Shown: positions 33,418 to 47,291 of the stretch, in pieces
Numbering within the stretch: position 1 is the first letter of the stretch
Layout of the letters: each line of letters begins with the position of its first letter
From: Saprolegnia diclina VS20
Taxonomy: Eukaryota
Length of the DNA: 64,000 nucleotides
Assembly (NCBI RefSeq): GCF_000281045.1
Contig: NW_008246083.1
Span: 350,625-414,624 of the forward strand
Direction of reading: 5' to 3'
Program-made: the position numbers and the translations under genes
The notes under the pieces: generated by a model
Told to the model about the DNA's origin: nothing
What the model saw: the letters and a program-made list of their open reading frames with translations, nothing else
Databases searched by the model: none

Positions 33418-34726
33418 TCACAATGGCGGAAGCGTTGCAACAAGTTGTCGCACGTGAGGGCTGTGGTGGGCAATGACGCCAAAGTGGCCAAACAGCTCAA
33501 GTTCAAGCACGCGCTTTTGACGGCGCAGTGCTTCAATCGCCTCGCCCTGGGACTCGAGACTGTCATAGTCGTCGGCGGCGATCGCGGCCTCGAGGGCCTC
33601 TTCCTTCTCCGTGATCGCAGCGTCCAGGGGCGCGATGGCTTCGGCAATCTTGGCGCACTGCGCATGACGCTCGAGAACGATGCTAGAGATATCGAGAGTC
33701 GTCTCGGGCTGCACGAGTTGCTTGACGACAGGCAAGTACGCAATCGCCTCGGCCACTGCGTTGGTCCTAGTATCAACGTCAGCTAGTCAGCTTCCTGTGG
33801 CAGATTCGTCGTACCGGGCCTCAAGGGCTGCAGTATATTCGCGCTCGAGCTCGGAATGCTCGTCTCGCACACGCTGTAGGTCGTCCTCGGACGCACTGGC
33901 CACGCGGGCGGCGTGCACATGGAGCTGCTGGCTTGCCGTGACCACCGCCTTGTTCCAGCGAGTGTACTTCTCCACGAGCACGTCGCCAAGGACGTCTTTC
34001 TGAGCATGTTCGGACGCGTCCAGCGACTGCAATCCCTGCGTGATCTCGAGAACGCTGTCGGTTGGCTGCACATGCGTGGCTTGCGGCGACTCGAAGGACA
34101 AGTCGACGACCGAGGCCGTCTGCACCGGCGGCGAGACGAATGCCCCGTTCTTCATTCGCGCGCGCGCCTTGATGGCTTCCTACGGTGCACGCTTGAGCCT
34201 TAGTACGACCAAGGCCGCGTACAATGGTCTTTCGCATCTCGTCTTGCACCTTGGCGACAAACTCTGGTGACCACGCCGTCTGCAACAAGGCTGTGCCACG
34301 CGGACCTAGACGCCCGCATGCCCCTCTGCACTCTGCGGCAAGCGCGTACCCTGCAGTGCAAAGCATCGGTGGTTGGCGTGATGGTTCGTGCTGCAACGCC
34401 CGCACACGTGGCGGTTGCAGTCGAGACACCAGATATCGACGTCGTTCGCGCAGCACGTGCACGCATCTGTGCAAGCGTGAGTCAACCGTTCTGGCAGCGT
34501 CGTCAGTAGTATCTGCGTACGCTTCGTGGTTGTGGGCGACCCGTCGTGGCGCTGGTGGCATGCAAGGCCGTTGGGCAGGCTCCAGCAGCGCGTGTTGGGA
34601 ATGGGCTCGAGGTGTTGCACTACCATAGAGCATAGTACGCGCCATGAGCGGCGACGGCGACGTACTCGTCGGCAGCTTCTCGCCAAACTGCATGACCGCT
34701 CGCTTCATCGGCGCCATCCACGCCAT
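33418..34726 (-). CDS. B-box-like zinc finger + coiled-coil protein (multi-exon)
   Basis: CTCCANDVDIWCLDCNRHVCGRCSTNHHANHRC. Downstream exons are coiled-coil, with a UVR-like EEALEAAIAADDYDSL. Confidence 0.6.
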
Positions 34727-35108
34727 GCTTGCTCGAGTGCACGGCCCAGCCAGGCTCTTGGCAACTGGCCTTTTTTCATTGGCTGTAATTCAGCCAATCC
34801 AAAGGCGACTCGAGCTTTGACAGCATCATGCCTCGACAGAGCCATCGCTCGTTGCTGGGGCGAGCGGTGGGCAGCGCCGGGCCACTCAACAGACAGAGCT
34901 GTTGGCTGAAGAAGCATCGGCGCCATCCACGCCATGCTTGCTCGAGTGCACGGCCCAGGCTCTTGGCAACTGGCCTTTTTTCATTGGCTGTAATTCAGCC
35001 AATCCAAAGGCGACTCGAGCTTTGACAGCATCATGCCACGACAGAGCCATCGCTCGTTGCTGGGGCGAGCGGTGGGCAGCGCCGGGCCACTCAACAGACA
35101 GAGCTGTT
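34706..35108. repeat. Tandem duplication of ~195 bp (34706-34903 / 34915-35108)
   Basis: Near-identical copies (a 4-nt indel and a substitution). Each contains the palindrome ATTGGCTG-TAATT-CAGCCAAT. Confidence 0.95.
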
Positions 35109-35414
35109 CGCTGCAAACGACCGGGCGCTGTCGACTGCTGCACCCGCCGTCCCTTGCCATGGGCTATTGATGGACGCATTGACCAACCCAAGACGACCGG
35201 AACTACGATGACTGCAGGGCGTCGATATACTAAGAGCAGCAGCGCGCCTAGGCTACCGAGAAGAACGTTGTCTTCGCGCCTGGTGGCAGTCGACACGGTG
35301 CGGACCAACGAAGCCTCAGTAGCTCAGCACGTTGGACTGTTGTAGGATGCACATCTCTGGCTTGTTGCTTTCGATCTTACGAGAAGGCCCATGTTGTTCT
35401 ACTAGCAAGGACGT

Positions 35415-38400
35415 CTAGTCGAGCAAGGTGGGGACTTGACAGCGCTGGATTGAGCCGTCTGAGTGGCTCGTGTAGAAGAAGTCGTCGGTCGCAAACGCGT
35501 CCGTGACGCCCGTGATGGTCTACGTGCAACTAAGACTCTCATTTTCAACCCAACGGGTCGCACCGGCGCCACAAAGGCCGAGGTCGTGTCGCCCAGGAAC
35601 GTGGCGACCACCGGCTTGGCCTTGCCCGTGAGCCACGATGCGAGCTCCCGAAAGAGCGGCAGCGCCCAAATCTACTTGCCATTCGCATAGCATCGATGCT
35701 GCCATTTGCCATGTACCTTGATGTCGCCCGTGGCCGAGCCAGAGAGCACCGAGTGGCCGCGCGGGTGCAGGACAAGCGTTGTAATCGCGCTGTCGTGGGC
35801 GGCCGAGACCGTATGCAGCATGCGCTGCCGACGCACGTCAAAGACGCTGAGCCCGCCGCTTTCGCCGCCCGAGATGAGCAGCTACACCCGTGAGTGCCAA
35901 CTCAACACAGCGAATCGAAGGTACCTGGTGGCGCGAAGAGAACACGACAGCAGTCGCGCCCAGCGGGTGGCACAAGGGCGCGGAAATCAGCGCTTTTTGC
36001 GGCGGCAGGAGCGTGTCCCACAAGCAGAGACTCTTTTTTCTACAGCCCCAACCATGAAGAGCCATATCAAGGTGACATTGCTACTTGGTCGACGCTCCCA
36101 CGGACGCGAGGCAGCTCGAGGCGTTGAGAAACGTAAAGTCGCGCGTCCCTCGGTTGTGGCACTAGGCAGCGTTGCATGCCTCCTCTGCATGCACAGGGTT
36201 GTACCTGGAGGTGCGCGTAGCACCCCGTCGCGCCCGAGCTCGAAAAGTTCCAGAGGTAGACAAACCCGACGTTGTCGCACGCGCCAAGCTAGATTCGAAA
36301 GCATATTCTTGCTGGCGTTGGGAGTATGGGAGGCGTACGGTGTGGCCGCTGTTCTCAAACCGAATGCGGTGGACGTCACGGCGCGGCGCAGCCAGCTGCG
36401 TCAGCGGATTGAGCTACAGACAACTAGTCCATGGAACCACCGACAGCCTTGTCGTACCGTCGGGACGTGGTGCTCAAAGCTGCCGAGCGGCGCTGTCGGG
36501 TTGTCAAAGCGCCAGAGATCCACGACGCCTTTGGTCGTGCCCGCGCAAAACACCGAGAGCGACGGGTGCGCCGTGAGCGCAATCGGGCGGTAGCTCGTCG
36601 ACCGGCTGTCGGGCGTCGGCGACAGCGGATTGGCGGGCGTCGTCTTGGGCGACACCTCCATCTCGTTTGCAAACGCTGGCGGCGGCGAGAACCGCGTGTT
36701 GACTTGAAGCTACACGAGGTCGTGAGGGAGAGCTCCGGACGCGTCAGAGTACCTGGCAGAGGCTCGAGAGGTCGCTGGGTGGCGCGTCGCGACGCGGCTT
36801 CTTGGCTGTCGAGCGGTAAATGAACCGGCCGTTGCAGTGCACGACCGTGCTGCGCTGCTCGGGGTTGAAGCACATGCTTTTGACCGACTCGCCGGGCACT
36901 TGGCTCTTGTAGATGACCTCAATCGAGCTCGGCGATGGCAGCTCCATGCCGCTCGTCGTCGTCATGTTGTCCTGGGCTGCGTTGTTGTGGCCAATTGACG
37001 GTGCCAGCTGCAGCATCAAATGGCGCCACGGGCAGTGCCCCTCCGCAGCGTCGCTGCAAGGAGCGATCACGCGGGGAGAGCTTGCCGCCCACATCGTCCA
37101 CTGTCGACTCAAGACGTCGTCAGGGTCGCCCAGAATCCGCGCTGCGTGCACGGCCATGCAGTGGTACGCGGCCGCCAGAAAGAGGCGGCTGCACGCGCAC
37201 GCGTCCGAGTGGAGGGTCGCGGCCTTGGGCGGTGGCCACTTTGGCTGAAGGCTCACGAGCTGCTGCAGCACGGCATGGAGCGTCGGAAGGTCGTGGCGCA
37301 AGGACGCAGGCGCCTTCTTCGGCTGCCACACGTGGCACGTGTAGCACTTGTCGCTGGGCATCTCGTGGAGCTCCTTTTGCGGAAAGAGGACGTGGACCAG
37401 CCGACCGACACAGCACCGCTCGAGGCTTATTGTCGCGACACGGAGCGCGAGGCAGAGCGCGCTGTAGATACACGTCGACGCAAGCCGGATCGTGCTCGAG
37501 TCGGGCTCGATACCAAGCGCAAACACAATGTGCAAGTACTGCGTCCAGACGATCGCACCCCGAAGCGCAGCCCACGGCGCGCCACCCGCGAGCACTGTGT
37601 TTAAAAACGCTTGCAGCGGTGCAGTCACGCTGCGGGCCGTGCCAGTCACATGCGTGGCCAACACGTGAATGAGCGGGAGGTCTTGTCGAAGGTGGTCGTC
37701 AATGTCGAGTAGGCGCACACTCGCAAACGCGTCGAGCTCCTCCTGCAGGTTGATGAGCAGCGGACCGAGCTCGCTAGCGTCCTTGGTCTCGAACGAGGCG
37801 GTGGTTGCAACGACGAGGCGCTCCGAGACCGCGGCGAGCTGGCTCGTGACGTTGGCAACCTTTGTGTGCTGCAGCATGACGGACGCCATCTCTGGAATTG
37901 CAAGGCTCCCAAAGCTCTCTGAGAGGTCGCTGCAACAGCGGTACGCGGACCGCGTGAGGCCTTGCGCCAAGAGGCGCGACGCTGCCTACGACGCAGGTAG
38001 GAGTCGGTACAAGGCAAGTGCGCTTGTACCTTGACGTGCAGGGCAACAACAAGCTGCGTGTCGGCGTCGCTGTAGACGCGCCGTGTAAAATCGTAGCGCA
38101 CGAGGGCACAGGCAGCGTACAACGACTGGTTCATGTCGCGCCAGTACATGGTCGACGTCGTGTCAAAGCCGCAGCGCATCGCGGTGGTCGGCGGCGTCAA
38201 CAACGTCATGTACGGAAACTCGCCGGTGAGTAGCAGCTGCGCCAGCGCCTCCAAGTACACGTCCCCGCACGCTTTGGCGCGCGAGAGCACCATGTTGTTG
38301 AGCACTTGGGTCGTGATCGGACCGCGCGCGTCGGCTTCAGCAAGCTTGCAAATCAGAAGTGAGAGCACGAGCGTCGGGTCGGCCGCTTCGGCCATCGCGG

Positions 38401-41400
38401 CGGCTTCGTAAATCTTGCTGCCAAGAAGGAAGAAGGTGGCCGCCAGCATGTACCTACATACCCGTATGGCATCGCGAGACACTGTATATACAAGTGTACC
38501 GGCCCTTGGATTTGAGCACAAATGCATTCTTGATGGCCGCCGTGCGCCACCGGTCGTCGTCAAAGTCGTTGGTGAGGAGGTCGGCGATCTTGTTTTCTTT
38601 GGCGAGCCGGAAGAGGCCAGCAAGGAGCCGCGTTTTGCCCAGCAGCACGTAGTAGAGCGCGACGTCGAACGGATCTTTGGAGGCTACGAGGATCAGAAGA
38701 AGTCGAATGACGACGAAGAACGTACCTGCATACGCCGACTGCGCGACCTGCTCGGTCTTCTCGCGCAATTTGGCTAAGTCGTCGAGCCAAAAGGGCAAGC
38801 GGAGATCGCGCATCTCGGTCCACGTCCACTTGGTCGGCGAAAGCCACGGCAACGCGGTCAAGAAGTCCATTTTCGAGAGCCGCGCCCAGAGCAGCGCCTC
38901 GGCGCTCAAGCCAGCGTACGCCTCTTCGCGCCAGCGCAAGGCCAGCGCAAACTTCATGCCAGGAACATCCTCGACGTCATCAACGACGTGCAGCATGGCC
39001 GTGAGCGACGTGAGCGTCTTGGGATCGGGAATGCCGAGCAATGCCACGCGCGCGGGCGTGAAGAACGCCTCGTAGTCGACCGTGCTCTCGCGAGCTGGCG
39101 TCGTTTTCAGCGGCACGCGCGGGGCAAACAAGAGCGCGGCGCAGTCCTTTGGCGCCGACGACCGACTCGCCCCGCTCGGTGTCCAGAGATCTTCCCTGCC
39201 CGAGGCCGGGTCGAGCATGATGCGAGCCCACGTGAGGCGCGGCGGCACATACACGGGCGTCGCGTGCATGTTGACGTAGCACGTCTCTTCGTACGCTTCG
39301 ATTGATACCTTGAGCGCCTCCAAGAAGCGCCGCAGTGCTTTGAAGGCGCCGCGCCGAAGCAGCTGAAACAGCAGTAGCGGCGGCCATACACTTGGCGATG
39401 CACGCTCTTGGGGCAAGACGACGGCCCGTGTCAGTAGCGCACCTCGGCTCATGTACAGTGCGCTATCGTGGAGAAGTAGGGTTGTCGCCGGCGGCAGCGC
39501 CATGTCCATCGTCCAGAGCACGGTCGGACCGTTGTAGAGCGTCAGCTGGACGCCGCGCGCGAGGCAGAGCACGAATGCGTCCTGAAGCCACGCGATCGCG
39601 CTCGTCCGTGCGTCGACTGTCCACTTTGACGTCGCGACCGCATCGTACGGTGTGTGCACGCAGACGGTGCGGCTGTCGCCCGCGCGCACTCTCGCTGGGT
39701 CGCTCTCGTCGTCGAGAAGGAGCGCAAACGTGCCGTCGACGCGCTGTGCAAGACGCTGGAAGACGCATTTGCTCAAGGCAAAGCGGTGCAAGACGGCGCC
39801 CGTGGCGACCGACCACGTAGCAAGCGTGCACGGCGCCGAGACCGTGAGGAGAAAGGCACCGGCGCCCAAGGCATATTGCTCCATGAACACCACCGCCGTG
39901 CAGTCTGTCGCCCACACGGAGGCGTCTGTGAGCAGCAGCGGCGACCGAGAAAACATCCAAACATACACGCTGCCGTCGTCACCGAGGCCGAGGAGCGTCG
40001 TGGGCAGCACGACGAGACGACGCAGGGTAGACGCTGTCGTTGCAAGCGTGAGGATATTGGCCTTAGTATGATTGTCGTAGCCGCAGAGGGCGAGGATCTC
40101 GCTGTTGGCCGTCGCACACAGAATGAGGTCGGCGTCGAGGAGAGCGACGGCCGTGACGACCGAGTTTGTCGATCGAAACCGCGTGTGCGTCAGTTCAAGA
40201 TGCTGGTGGGCGAGCTTTGCAAGGGTCGCATCGTCGCTCAGTACAAAGAGCGTCTCGTTGGCGTCGACGAGCCCGAGAGTCGACGTCGACGACGCCACAA
40301 CCGCGGCAATCGGGGCATGGGACGCCATGCTGGGGTAGACATCCGTCACGGAAACGAGGTCGAGTGCTCCGGCAACGCGTAGCTGGATGCGCTGTAGCTC
40401 GCCGATCGGCATCGACTGCAACAGAATATCGACAACCGGAGCGCTCGCATCTAATGCAGAGTCTGCTCGCTCCATCTCTGCGATAGACCAAGCAGTACCA
40501 TGCGCGGTAGGAAGCCACGAGACGTCGTACAGCGTTGCGGACCGAAAGAGCGTGCGCAGCCCCGAGAACGTTCCGAGCAAAGTGCTCCGTGGCGTCGCAT
40601 TCTACTTCGGTATGGGTTCTACGATTCGAGTCAAGAACAGACAGTGTACCAGGAGCGAGACGGCGTCGAGGCGCCAAACACACACGTCGCCATTGTCGAG
40701 GACGCCGTAGAGGACGTACGTGGCAGCGTGCTTGTGCAAGGCAACGTTGCCAGGAATGAACTTTTCACCTACGCACCATAAGTACAACCATCGCAAGCTC
40801 GAAATGGACCTTGGTGCGTGTCGGCCGTGGCGCCGGATCGGAAGAAGAAGCCCGTCGCTTGACCGACGCCGCGTTGGTCCATGCTGGCGTCGTACACCAG
40901 GTGCTTGGACTCGGTCTTGGGCGCGAGCTCCCAAAAGCAGAGCCCGTCGGCGAGCGTGGTCCGTACAAGCGGGCGCGGCTTGGATCGCGCCACGAGCCCG
41001 CACGCGATGAGGTTGACCGACGAATACTGCGAGAGGATCGCCGTCGTATCGATCGCCAGCGTCTGAAGAAATGCGAATGGGCTTGCGTTCAAGTCTTCTC
41101 GCCACAGTGTCAGCTGGCCGCGCATGTCGAGTGTGAGCAACGACGCGTTGTCCCCTCCTTGGGCCCTCGCGTCGAGCCATTCTAACCGGCATTGTCAGAC
41201 GGGGAAGTATGAATGGCTGTCGCTACCCATGGAGCGGACGGCGCGAGCATGGCCCAAGAAGACGCACGGTGGCGCAGCGGTCTCGGACGGCCAAGCGTCC
41301 ATGCACCAGACCTAAGAACGTATATAGCCAAGCGAGAGACGGCTGCGCAAACACACCTTGAGAAGGCGAGAGTGCGCTGTGGCGCCCGTCGCGATGTAGC

Positions 41401-42180
41401 GACCGTCTGCGGCGGCAGCAAGCAAGTGTACAGGAGCACCCGCGCGCAGGTCAAACGATCGGTGGGCGTAAACCGTGACGGCGTCATGAACGACCTTCCA
41501 CGATGTCATGCGCGTCCCCGCCGCGACGAGCGTGAGATCGTCATTCGTCTCGCACCACTGCAGAGGCGCTTGCATATCGGCCTCGCACCTAGGCATGGTA
41601 TGCCATACATGTTGCATAGCTGGGCTACGTACCGCCACGTTGCCTCGCACTGCCATTGCGCATCGTCGTCGTTCAGCGGCGACGATCCGTGGGCAATACC
41701 AAAGAGCATCGCTCGCCCATCAACGCACGCCACAGCTACGCGAAGCGAGCTTGCATGCAGCGCAATGCTCTGCGCCGTGGCTGGGAGTGGCAGGACTTGA
41801 TGCGGCTCAAACGGATTGGCTGTCGATGGCTCTGCATCGGACCCTCGGAGCAGTGCACCTCGGGACACCACCAGCACCATCGAGGCCTCCGACGTGTGGA
41901 ACATCCACCTGTAGTTGAAGTGGTCGCATGTCGCGACGAGCGCCCGGCTGGCCGCCGCAGCGCCGACGCAGGTCACCCGCTCTTCGAGCATGAGGCGAAA
42001 AACCGAATCCAAAATATATCCGGATAACGAGCCCCAGTGTATCCGGAATACAGCCAAGGCGTCGTCCCAAGTGTCCCGAAATAGTGTAGAAACACTATAA
42101 ATGGTTGCCACATCTTGACAGCGCATGCAGACAGCGCAGCATGTACGCTCGTATCCAGCTTGCACATGCCTTTCATACAT
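35415..42180 (-). CDS. RAV1: RAVE/rabconnectin-3 subunit Rav1/DMXL (WD40 + Rav1p_C)
   Basis: KDPFDVALYYVLLGKTRLLAGLFRL...NDFDDDRWRTAAIKNAFVLKSK...AATFFLLG. C-terminal WD40s LTAHPSLSVFCAG, WDTLLPP, ISGGESG. Confidence 0.9.
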
Positions 42181-42445
42181 TATGGAAGACTGCAAGAAGG
42201 TATCACTCGGACTAGGGACGACGCTGACGACCTGTGACCGGTGGACGGTTAAATGCACTTAAAATAGTGTACGACACGAAATAAAATGAATCGAATTTGG
42301 ATTTCCGATTTGAGCGCGAGAGATCATGAGCCGGTCGTTCCCGCTGCCGATGCGCTCGGACGCGCGGAAGACGGGAAGATGGAACCTCCGACCGGGGCCC
42401 CGGACGCGCTCCATGCAACCCTCGATCGACCCGGAGGCCGTGGAC

Positions 42446-45400
42446 ATGGCCGCGCTCCATGCGCTTGTCTCGGCCGTCCCCCCATCGCTCCTGTACGTGC
42501 ATGCAACCTCGATGGATGTAGTTCATGGAAGTCGTGTTCTGGTAGACCAACGCATGGAAGCACCCCCCCAAGCATGGATGACGCTACGGAACCATCCATC
42601 TCCCCCTTGCTCCGCATGGCGGTGGCCCAGAACGTGCTTGCACCCGCGACGACGCGAAGCTCCGCGAAGCGCAAGTCGGCGATGATGGACGACTCGGCGC
42701 GAAAGGGGAAGCGCTTGGCGCGCACGGAGTCCGACCCGAGCCTTCTCGAGACGCAGGAGACCAAGCTGGCGTCGAGCGTCGCAAAACATCAGGAGACTCT
42801 CGAGCAGTGGTCGATGGACTTGGCCGACCCGCGCAGTGCGCACCGCGCGACAAAGAAGATCCGTCACATGCTCTACATCATGCACAAGTCAAGCAAGCTC
42901 GTGATCGCACGACTTCCGGTCGAGCAGCTCTTGGATCTCATGATCCTTCTTGACGTCCAGGTACACGCTAGCATCAAGTTGAAGTCGATACTACTGTGTG
43001 CAACTTAGGTCACGGAGGCTCGACAGATTGACCTCTTTGTGCAAGATCGTTCGGCAGATGAAGGGCGCCTCCTCGAAGACGTCAACACGGCTTTGGACGC
43101 AGCGACGTCGATGCTACTCGTCATGACGTCGCCGGACGTCGACCGCCGACTGCTCTCGGAAGAGCACATTGAGCATTGCGTCTTGCTTGTCAAGCATGTG
43201 CTCCAGCGGTTGATCTACCCTGCGCTGGACGCTGCAACGTACTCGGTCGTTGTGAGCGGGAAGGAGTCCAAGAACGAGAAGGACAAGGCGCACACGGCGC
43301 TCAAGAAGAAGATGGAGAAGGCCGGCCTTGTCGACATTGTCTACAGCTTCTTGGACTCGCTGCAAGAGCTCATGGGCTGCCTCAAGCTCCAGGACAGCTG
43401 GATTCTTCAACTTTCGAATGTGCTCATGGCCGTGTTTGCCATGGACAACCAGCAGACGTCGATCTCGACCGTGCAGCTGGGTGCACTTCGCATGCTTCGC
43501 GCGATCTTTGTGCACTATCCCGCCCACCGCACGCTACTCCTCGAAGACGTCTTTTACGTGCTCGTAAAACTCTCGACAAGCAAGCGCAACCTGCGTACGT
43601 ACAAGGTGGACGACGACTACGTGCAAGTCATCGTGGTGCTTTTGGCGACGCTTGTGCAGTCGTGTATCGTGCTGTCGATGGACCAAGTGCACGAGACGGC
43701 GCGATCCGTTGTCCAGCTTCTTTTGCTCAAGTGCATGAAGAAGGACGAAGAAGTCAACGCACGCTTGCACTTTGAGCACTTTGTCGAGGACGTTCTCGTG
43801 CTCCTCTCGTCGCCGGACTGGCCTGTGGCCGAAGTTCTCGTCGAGGCGCTCGTTGCAGGTCTCACGGGCTTGCTCATGTCTAACAAGCCGGAGACACAAG
43901 TTGCCGTCTTGGCCCTGCACTTGCTTGGCAAGATCGCGGCGACGCTCAAGACGATCACGTGCCATACCCAAGCGTCTGAGAAGCGTCTTCTCCACAGTAT
44001 GGAAGAGAGCCACGTGACGTCGGCCTCGGAGCTGCTGCTCGTGTACGTGCAGCAAAAGTCGGCCCACATCTCTGAAGATGCTCAGGCGTTCCATCTCTCG
44101 CGCGTCGACGAAGGTTTTACGCCCACCTCGTCGTGCAACTTGAACCGCGACGAAGCGCGAAGCGTCGTCGGCTACTTTTTGGCCAGCCGGGAGCTTTGCG
44201 GGCATTTCGAGACGATCTTTTTGCACATCCTCGGCTTCTTGTCGCGCGGTCAATCTACGCTACGCACGCGTGTTCTGCGTTCCATCGTTGGCATCATTGA
44301 CGCGGACCCGACCTTGATGACCAGTGAAGCGCTGCAGAAAGCGATCACGAGCTGTTTGATGGACGAGTCAAATGCCGTGCGCCAGGCCTCGGTCGAGCTC
44401 GTCGGCAAGTATGTCGAAGACCAGCCATCTCTGGTACGACAATTCTTTTCTTCATCTGCGTGACCCAGCTTGCTGATGGAACTATGCATGTAGTTTCCTC
44501 GCTACGCCGAGATGCTCCATGATCGCGTGCGTGACAAGGGCATCAGCGTTCGAAAGAGCGTCCTGAAGATCTATCGCCACTACATTGTGAACGAATTCGA
44601 CGTGGCCAACGCAACCGTCTCCACGTGCCTCCGGACTTTGATCGAGCGGCTCGCGGATCCTTCCGAAGATGAGACGATCAAGGACTTCATCGTGTCGACG
44701 CTCCAGGAAGTCTGGTTTGACGAGGACCTGCCTGCACTGCAAAAGCGTGACGCAGATGGCGCTGTGATCCCGGCTAGTCTTCTGAAGCTCAAGTCCAAAA
44801 AGACATCCGACTACGGCACGTATCGCGTGCTCTCGATCATGGAAGTCGTTCAGCGCGTGACCAAAGCCGACTGGTTTGTCGAACTCATTCAGCGGCTGCG
44901 CAAGATCGCAGGAGACGACATTGATGAGTACTGCGAGTCGATTGTCGCAGGCCTTCTTGACCTCCTCCTACAACTCGAAGAAGGCACGGTGCTGCCCCAC
45001 CTGACTTGCCGAGGTTGGCACAACTTTTACCGAACGATTCTGAATCATTTCAATCTTGTAGAGCCCGACAAGCAGTTTGTCGCCACGCTCAAGACACTTC
45101 ACGTGTTTTGCTCGGCGATCCCTGAGCTCCTCGAGCCCTACAAAGACACCCTTGTGGTGTATCTCAAGCCAGACAGTCGGTTCAACCGCGATATTCAGGC
45201 CCAGGTCTTCGCGTTGACGATCAGCATGATATCGCTGGTGTTTTCGGCCATGGAAAAGTCAAGTAGGGCGATATATGCTTCTGAACGGCAACTCACACGC
45301 AATGTAGACGAAACCTGGATCGGCGCCCTAGAAGCGGACTTGCAGGCGCTTGTGCTCCAAGCTCCACCAGGTGTCGTCAAGCCCAGCGTCGAATGCCTTG

Positions 45401-47258
45401 CGCGTCTTGTTTTGGACGCACCCACGAAGCGTCAACCGACCGTGCTTTCCCATCTCCTCGAAAAGTTTTACACCTTCCTCGTGAAGGTTTGGATATACGA
45501 CATAAGGTTGATGTGCTCACAAGACTCGTAGATGGAGCCGATCTTTAAGAGCAATAGCCCGAGTCTCGCCGCTGGCCAGCAGTACCAACTGCAACGCGCG
45601 CTTTTTGTGACGGGCCTCATTTGCGGCAGTTTGGATTGGGACGTCTACGAGAACCTCAACATTCGCATCGAGGCGGGCAAAGTGCGCCATGAATGGGACC
45701 ACGTGATGTGTTTTGACGCGCATATTTTAGATTCTCAAGCGTGTCTACAGCGTGTACTATCGGTTTACGCTCTTGCCGGAGGCGCATCCGTCATTCACAG
45801 TCGCGTTTCAGGTGAAGAACGTGCAGGGCTTTGGCTTCCTCTTCCATCGCCACCCGCGGCTTTTCCTCAAAGCCTATGAAGATGGCGTCATCACTAAGAT
45901 GCTGGCCCACGAGTGCGCCAACGTCCAGCTCCAAATGGTCGTGAGTCTCACAGAGCTTCTCGAAGCCGAGGAAGCTCGCCTCGAGAAGGCACAAGCCGCC
46001 AAAAAGCAGCACAAACAGCAAGTCCAAGGCGACCAGCAAGGCGACACGTCGCTCATTGGAAGCATCATGCAAGCTCAACTCGGCAACATTTTGGCGCTTG
46101 CGATGCACGAGCAGACCATGATCCGGCGCCAAGCGGTGGCGTGCATCGGTTTGCTCGTGACCCAAGGCGTCATCAACCCTTTGGAGTGCTTTGCGACCCT
46201 CGTCACCTTGGAAGCCGACGGGGTACGTCGCGTCCCACTATCGAGTGGCTCGTCTTAAAATCGGTAACATCATAGGTTGCCGTGGTGCGCGATGCAGCTT
46301 ACCGCAATCTCGAAGAAGCGCTTATCAAGTGCAAGGCTAGCGTCGTTGCCCCCGCCGTGCGCGGGATCTACCAGTCGTTCACGTTTCAGCTCAAGATGAC
46401 TGGCGCTTGGACCGTCCAGGACGCGTCAAAAAACGTAGGGGATCCGCTCTGCGATTGGTTCTCATGTGTGCGAACGCGTAGTGTCTCTTTGGTCGCATGT
46501 ACCAGCTGTGCATGCAGCCGGATCGCGCTCGCCGTCACTCGTTCTTTAACGGACTTCTCGTCCACTTTCGAGAGAAGGGACAGATCTTCCAGTCCATGGC
46601 GAACGGCAGTTTGTCGCGCGAGAGTGGTCTTTCGTACTTGTCGTACACTGCGTCGATCCTCGCGTGGCTTCCGTTTGCGACCGAGGACGAGCCACTGTAC
46701 CTCATCCACACGATCAATCGCGACATCTCGCTCCACTTGGAGTGCGTACTAGCTTTCATCCTGTGCAGCAGCTCATATTATACTAGGACTGTGCTCATCG
46801 CCGTCAAGAAGGCGTTTCCCAAGCTCAACTTTGACCACAAGTGGCCGATCCCGACGAAAGAAGAGTTTCCGGACAAGCTCACAAAGACATGCAACCTGGC
46901 TTTTGCACTCGCACTGCTTTTGCGCCTCAAGAGCCACCTCAAGAGCACGTACAGTCTCGACGACGACAAGTGCCAGACGTACCAGCCGTCGCGAAGCACA
47001 AAGACGCAGGACCAGCCCGTCGCGTCGTTCCTCGTGAGCCCCCATGTGCTCAAGATCCCGACATCAACCGCCGAGTACGCGTCGGGTTGGGCGAGCTTCA
47101 AGCTGCTTTGGCCCATCATCCAAGAGGACCAGAGCCAAATGGACTTCGACGTGGCAAAGGGGAAGAAGACACGCCGTCCGTCGTCGGCGACCAAGAAGCC
47201 CAAGGCGGTCCCAAAGGACGACGACGGCACGCGCGAAGCCGCAACGATCATGGTCTAG
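42446..47258 (+). CDS. NIPBL: Cohesin loader Nipped-B-like/Scc2
   Basis: PDWPVAE, DADPTLM, VRQASVELVGKY, DKGISVRKSVLKI, GVINPLECFATLVTLEAD, LPFATEDEPLYLI, LLLRLKSHLKSTYSL. Start approximate. Confidence 0.92.
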
Positions 47259-47291
47259 GACACGCTTGCATTTGATGGTATTCACGATAAG

